This document shows, piece by piece, positions 1 through 12,573 of a stretch of DNA of 64,000 nt. The position numbers and the translations under genes were made by a program. How positions within the stretch are numbered: position 1 is the stretch's first letter; each line of letters starts with the position of its first letter. Source of the stretch: Gordius albopunctatus (lineage: Eukaryota); assembly GCA_964276515.1 (NCBI GenBank), contig OZ193909.1, positions 16,058,001 through 16,122,000 of the forward strand. The letters run 5' to 3'. Under the pieces are notes generated by a model. That model searched no databases. It was not told the origin of the DNA and was given only the letters and a program-made list of their open reading frames with translations.

Positions 1-184
1 CATTTCCATTTGATTAACTTACTGTCCAACTTTTGATTAAAACTAAGCATTTACCCCGGTAAAAGGAGTCTATCTAAGACATGTATGATTGGATTCCAGA
101 AATCTCTTATAATTTGACCATCCACATGATAGGCTTGCAATCGTACACATTATAATAACACCAAATCTCTTGCCTATTTCTCAG

Positions 185-3100
185 CATGTTATAAGATTTG
201 CCGAACTGACCCAAGAGGTCCAAGTGAATAGACCGACGGCTTACAAAGTAGACACGGTGGGTATGCAACCTGGCCGGCGCAAGGCGAACGCTATCATGCA
301 AGAAGCTAGTAAAGCTACGGAAAAATACGACGAAGAACGGGTCATTTGTGATGGTGAAGTCTTGTCGACACCTAGCGTCACTCCCCCACCCCTGTTTGAT
401 TTGGGCCCAACCTTGCCCAAATTACAAGTAATATTTGCGAAGAGCTCTTTATAAAATGTAGTTAAAAAACACTCGAATATACAGGATAATTACATACGAA
501 TTTGAACATATTCTTCTTTCTAATATTTCTAAGTGGGAATTTAGGGATCTAATGACATTTTATACTTTGCAGTGTCTAAAAACTAATAAATAAAATGGCC
601 GGTTATGGGCCATATAGATTAATTAAAAAACACCTAAAGGTAATTGGTTAATACATCTGATCCTATCAAAATTTAAGTTGTTTCTGGCTATATTATTATT
701 ATTTAATATTGTTCAAAAGGGTGCTTGTAATATATGCCCCTCGCTTACTAAGATATTTACTTGGATCTTTTAGTAAGTCAGAATCGAACCAGAAGATTGA
801 TTGCACCTTGGATTTGTCCAAGTGTCTCTTGCTAATGTAGTGTAGCTAGTTAGACAACACGAGGACGTTCTTGTTTTTGTAGTTAGTCTCTTAGATTACA
901 TTGAGTATCCACCGCTTTTTTAAATTGGTTAAAACATTACCCATTAGTTTAAAGAATTATTATTAGGTGTATAAGAGCTTTTTGAAGGACCTCAGTATTG
1001 GTGGTCTGTATTTTGGCTTGGGAGCTGCTAAAGAATCTAGCTAGATTGACTTATCGTTTAAAGGGGTGATCAACGTGGTTAAAAGTACTTAAAGGAAATA
1101 GGGATTTTAATGTTTAATTGAAACTAATAATGTATTTAAAAAAATTTGGGCCCCGTCTTATTCGCTAATAAAATCTAAAATGAATAATATTTGTGATAAT
1201 TTCGATTCTTAGAATTTGTAATCTGATGATTAGACGAAGTGAGGGGTATTTAATGTTTTTCTAAAATTTTGAAAAGTCAACTGCTCCCCTATTTATCTAG
1301 GTATTGCGTTGCCTTTAATAGATAATAGCTGTTTTACGTCGGTTTTTTAAAGGGGATATGTAATGCTCTGATCTGATAGTTTAGTTTCTAAAATATAAAA
1401 ATCCATTTTATTTTGTAATTTCAAACAAATTAAACTTTTACATTGGTAAACTATTTAACCACTTCCTTGGGTACGATAAATAATATCGAAAACAGACTGC
1501 ACTTTTATAGCATTACAGTGTTAAGGGTCTTCTAGAACGCAAACTTCATGCATTTTTTCATGTTTTTGGCCCTTAAAATTTTTCTATCTTTTATTGACTC
1601 TACAAAAAATTGATGTTCTAGCTTATCGACGTGGTGGACCCTACGATGTTGTTGTCGCTGGAAAATATTCTCAGTCAAAAGAGTGACAAAATGGCTTCTT
1701 TCCTAGCACTAACCCTATCCAATCTTGACGACCTCCTCAAATCTAACGGGATGAGTGGGGAAGATTTCGAAAAACTCAAAAAGGTTTGCGCCTAAAATAT
1801 ACCTTAAATGAATGATTTTAACATAATAGAGAATTAAATTTGAGCACATAATTACTGATGTGCCAGAATTTTTGGCCAGATAACTATAGTATTTTGGGGG
1901 TAAGTCTCCTTGTTTTAAGGTTCATTTATTGGTATGTAATGATTAAATGCTGCATCCACCTTGTTTAGTGTTTACCTAGAAAATTACGTAGTTTTGTTTT
2001 TTAACTTTAATGATTCACGCGTTGCATAGTTTTCCGCATTTATAATGTAACAGAGGTGCCTGAAAATTGTATTATTCGGCCCTTTTAATCCTCCCACTGG
2101 AAAACTGAAATTTAGGCCCAAAGCGCTATTATTAAAATATGTTTTATTTTTAAATTTTGTGGCTCTTTATGTTACGTCATATCATTAATAACAATCTTTA
2201 CTATGTCTTAACGTATGCCCAAATTTATTTTGGAGCAAGTTTGTTTTAGCCTTGATGTATAATTTATTGCGTGTTTATTTATAAATAAAAATAAAACTTT
2301 TTCTCTTATCATTTCAGGAATGCAACGCGTATCGAGCCGAAATTTTTAACTTGGACAGGAGCAATTTGCTGTTGCAAAACAAGGTTAAAGAGTTGGAGCG
2401 CATCAATTCTTCCCTGTCTAAAAAGCTCACGACTTACGATAAGAGTCATAAAACTTTCGAAAATTTGCTGGACGAAAATGAGATGGCACGGAAAAAGTTG
2501 GAAAAAGACATGGTAAAACCGGCTTATGGAAATAGTTAAATTGGGATTCCTGTTTAACTTTCGCAATTTTTTGCAGTTAAATGATAGGGAATTAACCTTG
2601 CTGATGAAGTTTGTAAGAACTGATATTTATTCCTATGGGTTTTATTGTTAAAATCCTTACTTTTATTGTATCAATAATGTATTATTATATTTCGTCCCTT
2701 TTGTACAAATTATGGAAAAAACTAGAATTTGTAGATGGCGCCAAAAAATATCAAAGAAGTTTCATTAAGCTCTCTCTCGTTATTTTATTTTATTGTATAA
2801 TTCATTTAAACATATGGGCGGTCAAGTAATTTTCGTTGTTAATATATATTTCGATTTTATGGTTGTTAAATCACTATATCACAAGTTCTATTATAACTTT
2901 ATAAGAAGTAGGTGTCGATTAACATTGACTTTATAAGAAGTTGGTTATAAACCTTAATTATTTCAACACATATAACTTATAAATAATACATAATCATTCA
3001 TTATATGGAAGGACTGCTTTCCTATCGCTTTTCGCTGCCCTTGGGGGGTAAGCACCTTCGACTAGTTTTTCCAAGCATACCTGCACTTGCACCAACTTCG

Positions 3101-6100
3101 CTTTATCTCATACCTCTTCCAGTCCATAACTTATATATATACGCGTGGCGAAATGTATGTGTTTTTTATGTGTGATCGCAGGAAAAACAGATGAAAGCCA
3201 AAGAAATCGAGATGGAAAATAAGCTATGGGCCAAGAATGAGACGTTGAGGCAGTTGAAAAAGATTGTGGAAGAAAATGCTTGTCAACAAACTGCCGATGA
3301 ACGCCTACCCCTCCATGCTATAAACGGGATTACGGGTGGAGATATTAAACTGCTGACCAACGAAAGTAGCTTTCACAAATTTTTCATTATTAATGACTGC
3401 AATTTATGGGCTACTTGTTAATAGCTTTGCTGAAAAAGTTTTTGGCATCTCGTTTTTAAGACGGTATTGGCTACGCTTAAATCTGTCGTTTTTTTGAGAA
3501 ATGTTGTTAACGAAGAAGGGGTATTGAGTTTAAGCTTAGTTGCGAGCTAAATATTAAATTTTGTTTAACCCCTTTTTGTCGCGTTGTCTTATTAATGCTA
3601 ACGATTAAAATAAAGGAATGCCCTAATCTAAGCTAAAACCATACCCTATGTTAAAATGATGAGAATTTTAAGTGACCTTTGAAACTTGTACTAATGAATT
3701 AGAGGTCTTACACGAAAATTGCCTAAATTTTCCTGTTCATTGACATTCTCCGCGCTTCGCGATAATTATATAATTTAATCTTTGATCTTTTTCCGATATT
3801 TAATCTATCTAAATATTGAATCCTTTTGCAATCACTAACTTCTTTTTTCCTTCTTGGCAACCAAAAATTATTAATGAACGCATTCCACAATAATCACCAG
3901 GTTTAAAAATAATATATTTTTAATGGAGTAACAATAATCAGGGAAATGCGCAAGGAAGAGGTGAGGACGAGCGCGCACAATAAAAATAATTATCACGCAT
4001 AAGAAATGCTTTTTGTACAGTTGTAATTAGTTTCTTAATTTGGAAAAGCAATTCTTCTAATAAGATAGACATTTAATACTTCCCAATGTTCGAAAAATGT
4101 TAATTTAATAAAATATCGGGTTATGGGCCATACAGATTAATTAAAAAACCCTTCAAGGTAATAGCAGCATTTTGAGCCCTTACACATGCTGTTCAAAGCA
4201 ATGCCTTCTAAGTATTTCACAAATATTTTCGCAGCGAACTTTAATCAAATTTAAAATTACGTCGAACATAAATATATATGTCAACAAAAATCTAGAAGGT
4301 GATTACGGATCTGCATTGCCCAAATATCCTCTAATAAAAACCGAGTCCGATCCTAGTAGCGATGCCAAGTCTGCGAATTCTAACGCTACAGCCGGGTCAA
4401 ATTTCATGTCCCCACCCCATAACTCCACCATCAAATTTTTGCTCAGCAATACGCCTAAGCTAATCTCTAACTTGAAAGATGGCAACAAACCAATGAAGTA
4501 CCCGTCTACCACTCCCGCTAACTCTAAGAGACAATTGCAGCATTTGGTGGTACCGGGCCAAACTTCCTCTACTACCCCTGGCCATAAATTTGGAGTAACC
4601 CCCCCTTTAAGTTTTATATAACAAACTGGTTTGTAGTAGTGTTGTAAAGACCTCTGGGTTTTGCTTGGCCCCCCCCCCCCCTGTTTTTTTTTCCAAATTC
4701 TGAAATTGGCTTAAAAGGTAGGTCAGGTCAAAATCCTAACACGGATGGTAAAGGGGGTCACGATGACCCCAAACTTTAAATAGCTATAACTTTGTTGTAT
4801 TATGATAGAACTTTTAAAACTTTATAAGCATACTACTACAACTCTTATCTGTAAATTGATATGTTACTTTGGGTATTTCAACAAGTTGTTACAATTTTAT
4901 AATTGTAATTAGTAAGACCCCCAAAATTTACCCCTATGTGTCTATATTTAGGCATGTAACAATTTTTTCCCCACAATTTCATAATTTAATTTATAAGATC
5001 ATATAAATAAGGTTGGAATTATAAATATATAAAATTTGGCATAAAAAACCTCAAAACAAAATAAATAGAGGTGTCCAAACTTAGGGAATTTTTGGCCCTA
5101 TGTTTTTTAAAGTATAAAAGTAACTATTCTTCTTAGCCATTATTTTTCTAATTTTTGGACTTTAATTAATTTTTTTATATAAATAAATCATAGAATGTTA
5201 GAATTAAGAATAGGAAAAAAAATAAAAATGTAAAATTTTAAAAGAAAAATTTTATGAGGTTCTAAAAATAGTAAATTTTGTGTAAAAAATGAGATTTCCT
5301 ACAAGTTTTCTTAGTTTAAAATTTAAATTCTTTTAGATTGAAAAGGTAAAGTTTAGAATAGTAAGTTTATAAATAGACAATGGTAATACAAGTTCATGGT
5401 TTTTGTAAATTTGGCATAAAAGACATCAAAACAATAAAAATAGAGTTGTTCAAGGTTAAGGAAGTTTTGACTTTTTTGAGACAAAGATTTCCATTGTAAT
5501 TGCTCAACTTAGCTTTAAATTTTTACAATATAAATACATTATATAAGGCTGAATTATAGAATATGAAAATAATCTTCATATGATATCTTAAAATAAACAT
5601 CATATAAGGCTATAAAAAACCTACACATATTTAATATCAAATTTGATTTGTTTTTAATTAACATGAAAATTTTAATTCAGTTACTTTGTAAACACTATAA
5701 ACAGACATCAGTAATTAGTCTATTAAATCCTAAGCTACTATTATATTAACTATAAAGTATAAACTCCTCAAACTAATATTTAATGTTTATTTATTGGGAC
5801 CACTTGATAAAATTTTATCTTTTTATATTTATATACCATCTTCAGACAAAAAATATCAAAGTGCACAGGAAAATTTAAGCAAATGAGCACTTTGAAATAC
5901 CACGAGGAAAAATACACATGTTAAAATCTGAGTTTAAATGTAAATATCTCAAATAAAAGGTAATGTTTAGGAAAAAAATTAAGAATAATGGTTTATGATA
6001 AAAATTTCAAAAAAATGGGGTCCTGGATGACACGATGTATCTTAAAAACTATTCGATAAAAACAGGCCAAATTTTGCAGAGATATTCTAGGATAAATTTT

Positions 6101-8050
6101 ATTAAGCTACGGAAAAAATGAAATTATAAAAATCACTAACATAATTTGTACAACATTTATAAACCGCTTGGGGTCGTTATTGACCCCACCTAGCCAACGG
6201 AATGTTAATATTAAATGCAGATAAGAAAGCTTTAACTTCTTTTTCCGATAAAAGATTTAAAGCGTATTTATTAAAAAGTGTCTAATGCCTGATAGTAATA
6301 ACATAGATGTTGACAATAATGACTAGTAGTGCCTTATAATGGATTAATTCTTACAATCTCTCTATATATTCCTTAACCTATAATAAGGAAATATATGTTT
6401 ACCATGTTTGCTTATCTTATTTCAACTTTTTTGTTTTTCTTTATTATTATAAATGGAATAATTCTATTCGTTAGCACGTAGCATCGGTGGCCAAGATGTA
6501 CGATTCCAAAATTGCAAATATAGGGAAGGTAATATAAACCATACCTAACAGTGGTATAAGTATGACTGTAATCAAAAATTGTGTTTTTGTTTTGTAGACG
6601 CCTTTGATTCACAACAGGCATAGACGTAGGTCCAGGTCGGTGGGCGATTTAAAGTATCTTCAGCACAAATCGGCTAACCAGATGAACACTCGTAAATATA
6701 TTATATTTTATATTATTTCTTAAAATATTACCCATAGTGCTATATAACCTTCCTTTTAGTTATATATTTCTTGCCTAAACTTGATTTTGCGTACTTAACT
6801 TGTAATATAAAACAGTAATTCGATTACAGCTGGTCGTTTTGCTTTTTAAATCCGAATATCTTATCAAACAAAGCTAATGAGCAAACATATTGCCCCCTTG
6901 AAAAAAGGGACAAATATCATTTTGGACACTTTAACATCCTCTCACCCCATGTATTAATTACGTTTAAAGGAATTCATTTAATGAATGATATTTTGTGTCA
7001 AAAATTATATTAGTTACCTAGTATACCTGATAAATGTTTAGGTGACGTTATGCAGCCCAAAATGAAAAACGTAGTAACGACGGACACATTGGTTAAATCC
7101 AGTTTAGCTAAGGCTGATAGATACGTGTTGAAAACGCAAGAAATTGACCAGGGCGGTGATCTGAAAACGGAATTATTCACGGTAAAATTAGCATTTTATG
7201 CTCCTCATCTTTTGAACGAATTAATGTCTGAGGGAGCCCGAGTTTTTAAAAATGATTGTCTCATGTTATTACTAAAAGCTCTACTTAGATGAAATGTTTG
7301 AGAAGCCAATCTTTGAAAACCAATTCTTTTTCTATTTTTTTATGGGTGGATTTTTGAATAGCAAATAATATAAATAAACAATATTTTTTAATTGCTATAC
7401 AATTTATGAGTCCACTTATGGTTCCACCTTTGTTTATATCAAAAATTATGATTCTGTAAAAGAACTGTTTGATTCCGAATGAAGACGAGCTAATTACCGC
7501 TGGTTTGCTTAAAAAATTCCGACCCCGCTCAAGCGTAAATTCCGGTATTTATTTTTTTTTTCCCAACTGATTACCTTATAAATTTCTTTTAAAATCATGT
7601 CTAATTTGTTGCTTTATAACAGAGAATTGCGAGACTGGCTAAATACTTCCCTAAAATTAAACCATAATCCTTTTTTCTTTCTTAAATCTCACTTTTTGAA
7701 GCTCGCACCTCCTTTAAACGGTTCTACCTTAATATGGCGAGGTATATTATTGTCATCTTCGCAAAATATGCATTCATTAACTAACCATAAACTTATTTAT
7801 TATAAAAAATGTTTGAATTTCGTAAATTAAAATTATTTAATAATCTGTGGTTTAGGGTGACATATTTTCTACCTCCGGGGGCGGCAGGGCAGTGATATTC
7901 GATGATGTTGAAACTCACGAGCATAGAGCCTTACCTGGCGATTCACGAAAACGATTATCGTCTCCCGTTATAGGTGGCCAAAGAGAGAATCAATCTTCAG
8001 CCAAATATTCAAGATCTAACGAAAACTCGGCCCTGCTTGAGACCAAGTAA
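185..8050 (+). CDS. KIF23: Kinesin-6 KIF23/MKLP1/pavarotti homolog, 3' part (end of motor, coiled coil, tail); 5' exons lie upstream of the window
   Basis: Phase-consistent GT-AG exons: 185-427, 1622-1783, 2318-2512, 3182-~3365, ~4296-4594, 6598-6691, 7042-7181, 7856-8050 (TAA). Motifs match MKLP1: HVIRFAELTQEV...GMQPGRR, EMENKLWAKNETLRQLKKIV, HRRRSRSVG (Aurora B/14-3-3 site), and the tail VMQPKMK...LKTQEIDQGGDLKTELFTGDIFSTSGGGRAVIFDDVE. The exon 4/5 junction is uncertain. Confidence 0.92.
4735..6208. mobile_element. Probable non-autonomous DNA transposon in KIF23 intron (imperfect TIRs, TTAA at the right end)
   Basis: Left end ctaacacggatggtaaagggggtcacgatgacccc loosely matches the reverse complement of right end ggggtcgttattgaccccacctagccaacggaatgttaa. 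Very AT-rich interior with an internal direct repeat (~5030-5090 vs ~5405-5465). Confidence 0.4.
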
Positions 8051-8959
8051 TTGGGGTCCATATGACCCCGATTTATTATTAATATTTATTGCATTTTTAT
8101 CGAAAAGGTGACATTGAGATGCCTTAAGAGATAGTTGTGGTAGCTAAATGTCCGTACAAAATTATGAAACAGCCATTTTTGGAAGAATCTTTGCTAGCTA
8201 TGATATAATAGCTGGTTTGTGTCGTAAAAATATATGCCCTCAGAGGTTAGGTGTTACTAAAATTATGTGTAAGTGAAGTTGTTTAGAATCATTTAGACAT
8301 TTTATATATTATATAATCTGGTTTAATAATTTTAAACGAAATTGTTAACAACATTGTCTTTACGTGTAAAGACAAGAGAGGTAATAATTTTTAAATGAGG
8401 ATCGATTTATTTTCTACATATGTAGGGATTTTAGCTTCTTAATGTTTTATATTTTTAAAACTTTATATGTAGCCTATGAACGAAGACTGGAATATTTTAT
8501 TAGCCTTCCACCAAGCTTATCAATATGAAATTATTTATACGCTACGATATTCATTAATGTATCTTTATTTACAATTACACAAAATTCGTATATTTATCAC
8601 TTTTGTCAAGCTCATTTGTCCATATTTTAAATAAGATGGTATACGTTTAATAAACTACTTACCTTATTTTTGCGACTATAATTAAAATTTGTATCGCGCC
8701 ACTGTGTGCAAATTTATTATTTTTCCCAAAATTTTTAACATATTTGAAACTTTAGATAATAAGTTCGAAAAACACAAACTATAACTTTTGGCCTTTTTTC
8801 TTTTTTTAAGTATCCATGACAACATTTTTGCGTTGAAATTTTGGCAGGCCGTTACATTTGCATACGGTACGGGGTTCGGGTTAAAAATTTAAAAAACATC
8901 AGGTCGGGTTCGGGTTAAAAAATGTGACTTTGCGGTTCGCTAGGCTGTCATCAATGCCC

Positions 8960-10890
8960 TGGAAATAACAACTATTTTGAAAAGGGTGTTATTTAACTGC
9001 TAAGTAAATAATTGCAAATTGCGAAGTAATTTATGCTAGGTATTTTAATTAAAGTGCTGAGATTTTTATTTTAAAATGCGAAGTTTTTTTTATTAAATTG
9101 CTAAGTTTTTATTTTAGTAGGCTAAGTTTTTATATTAAAATGCTAAGTATTTTATCTAACAAATTTTAAGGTATGAATTTTAATCAAAATGATGAGAATT
9201 AAAAATATAAGATGATAAAGTTTTAAAGCTAAAAAGGGCAAAGTTTTAATGGTAACAATTTCAAAGAAAAGGTTTAATTTTTAAAATGTTAGGTTTTATA
9301 TTTTGAAGTGCTAAGTTACTACGTTTTTTAATTCAAAGTTTTATTTATGACACAAAAAAGTGTTGAAGGTAAGTTTTAATGCGAATTAATTTAATGAACT
9401 ACCAAAATTTATAGTTCAAAATTATAATATTTCAACTTTATTTTGTTATAATATAAAATCAATTTATTTTAGATTTGAATAAAAATTATGATTATTTATT
9501 TGTAGGTGAAAAAATACCCTTCATGTTCTATAATGGATTCACATATAAAATAATCTAAATAGCTAATAGGATAATTGATAGAGATTTTATTCAACTACAA
9601 AATATATTATAACTAGCTGTGCCCGGCCAAACGTTGCTTTGGCTCAGTGTAAAGCGGTTAAATAAGCATAACCTATTAATAAGACTTATCTAAAATTGGG
9701 TCATATATGAAATAATAATTGAAATAAATAAAATATCCATAATATTTATTTAGAGCACGAATCAAAGATTTTTTATGTTTAAAAGGTCTTCCTCGTCTTA
9801 TTTTTTCTCCTATTTTGACATTTTTAGCTTCTATAGGAAGGTTTGAATAATTTTAGTGTTAAGGCTAATCCTATTATATGCTTGCAGATGTAATTATTGT
9901 GAAATGAGGGGCAACTGCATTGACCCTTTTGCCACATTCGGCTTTCTTCAAGGAAGATTATGGACCAGGCCTTAAAATTTTGCTTTTTAAAATCCTCATA
10001 GGGGGCCCAGTCATCTATTCCGATTGTTGTATCTTTATTTGTTGATTGCCTTATTAGGGCAGATACAGCATAAAGTTTTTTATTTTTATTGTCGTACATT
10101 ATAGCATTTTTCTCGAGTTTTGCCCATTGGTAGCTCTCTGTCCAAAGCTTTGTTGAAATTTGTGGATACACCTTAATGCCTTCCTCATTTTCGGTACCAA
10201 AATCCCCGTATATTTTCGGTTTTAAGAGCCCTTTTTGCCTCACACTCATTATCATAGGTGGCTTTTTTACCCATTAAATCGATCTGTACAATCGCCTGCG
10301 ATTAATTTTAACTCCTAAGCTTCCTGCTTCCTACTTTTCGTCTGATAAATTAGGCGAGATTTGTTGGACTTCCATAATTAAGCACGTAATAAATGAATGT
10401 ATGTCAAATTGGTGTGTGATCTTGGCGCCAAAGAACGTCAGTTATTGTCCAGTTACAATGTCATATTAAATGTTATATAAAAAACAGACAGCTTAATTTG
10501 TTTTAAAATTTATAAAGTTATTGGAATATTTAGCATAATTTATTTATAAACACTTAGCATACTTCATTTAAATACTTAGCAAATAATCTAAATACTAGGC
10601 ACAATTTATTTAAATACTTAGCATAATATATCTAAATACTCTACATATAATTTAAAAACTTAGCAAAACATTAAAATAATTAACAAATTAATAAAATATT
10701 TAGCAAAACAATAAAATACTTAGCAAAATATATTTAAATACTTAGCAAATTAATAAAATACTTAGCATTTTAATCTATAAACTTAGCAAACGAATTAAAT
10801 ACTTAGCAAATAAATAAAATACATAACAATAATGCTAAAAATACTTAGCAATTTGAATAAAATACTTAGCAAATTGTTGTGTTTTTAAAA
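8960..10890 (-). mobile_element. MULE/foldback-like relic with SWIM zinc-finger transposase fragment
   Basis: ORF 9824-10255 (-) contains CSCPSFHNNYICKH (SWIM). It is flanked by a TGCTAAG array (~8995-9320) and the inverted CTTAGCA array (~10530-10872). Exact termini not resolved. Confidence 0.65.
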
Positions 10891-11230
10891 CTATAAAAAG
10901 CTATTGAAAAAAAAAGAATTATACATAAAAAATTAACCTTACATTTTATATTATTAATACATTTACATATAGTATAAATTCGGATTAACTCATCTCGGTT
11001 ATTTTAACTTTTATAACTTTTGACACATTATAATTAAGCTTGTATAAAAACTACAATGTTTATAATGCTAATCCACTTTTCTCTCATCAACCATATCGCA
11101 AGCGCAATTCCAAGCATCGTTGGGTATTTTTTCGCCTTAAACACCCTTATAGAATATTAAGATTCAGTAATCATAACTTTAAATTTTACCAAAGTATAGA
11201 GGATACTATTTAAAAGATGACGGCTGAGAT

Positions 11231-11355
11231 TAGAGAACTGCAAAGTCACTTTTTTCATCCCGAACCCGACCCGACCCGAAAACATTTTCCAATTTTCTAC
11301 CCGGACCCGACCTCGGGTCAGGTCGGGTGTCTCGGGTCACCCGTGCAGTTCTCTA
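11231..11355. mobile_element. hAT-type MITE
   Basis: TIR TAGAGAACTGCA...TGCAGTTCTCTA; 8-bp TSD GCTGAGAT (11223-11230, 11356-11363); CCCGA subterminal repeats. A related end lies at ~8870-8942. Confidence 0.85.
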
Positions 11356-12573
11356 GCTGAGATAAACTTTAGCCCGTATTTTACAATATTCATTTTCACA
11401 AAGTTAATAGCTTTCACAATTGTAAGTTCGGCCATCATTTGTTTATGATCAGGCACAAATTTGGGGGCCATTTTTGAAAATCTAATGCTATAATACAATA
11501 ATTAATATAAATGCATGAATTTATGGAAAATTCAATGTTTTTTGGGGATCATGTACAGTTATAGATTTACTTGAATAATGTTAAGCTTCGCTGGGCTTTA
11601 AAAAACGATTAGTCTTGCTATAAACAACTTAATTAAATTTATTAATAGTATAATTTGGGGTTTTGATTACTTTTATAGTTTCATAAGGTTAAATTCTGAT
11701 TGAAATTTTTTTTAATTCAGCAGCAATTTATCAATAAATAATAGTTATTAACTGGAACCTAAATATTCTTGATTTGTAGTTATTTACAGATATATTTAAA
11801 TGTGCTATTTTTAACCGGACTAAAAACTCTAATTTAAAAAGGTTAGCAAACTGTATTCTATAAATTTTATGAACAAAATATAGAATATAAATTCAATTGT
11901 ATGGATAAAGATGTTTTGTTTGCCATAATTATTAAAAGCGTGTGAGTGCCGAATTAAGTTAATATTTAAATAAAAACATAGAAATTTTAACCGTTTTAAC
12001 AACAAGTCTTTTATGAACGCTTAATGTAAAAAACATAAAGTAGTCTCTTTATTATTACCATCGCTAGGTGTTGGGATCGTTTGATTCAACTTTATTCCAA
12101 CTCCATACACTTACAACGCACACGAGAGGAGACGCGCTAACAACTAAAATATATTCGATAAAACTACAGTATGCAAATTATTACAATCCCCAATAGGGAA
12201 AACGGATAACACGTGTTATATGTCTTTTACTCCACCAGTATAATAGAACTTAAGCGTAAGTTACACTTCGTCAATTATCCTCTACACCACGAATTTTTTT
12301 TCAATGCAAAAAGCCTTAAAAATTTCATGTTTGGCCCCCCCCCCCCTAATTGAACTTTTGAACGTTTCGCCCCCCCCCCCCTAATCCTAAACCTGGCTAA
12401 GCCCATGATTATATATGATGTCAAAACTTGCTACACCTTTTAAGATATAAAAATTTGTGAGGTTATTATAACTGCATATAAATAAATAATTATGTGTAAA
12501 ATAATAAAATTAATCAAGGAAATTAATTTTCAATTATGTCACTTTTTGTACAATCTATTTCGCTCTTAACTCT

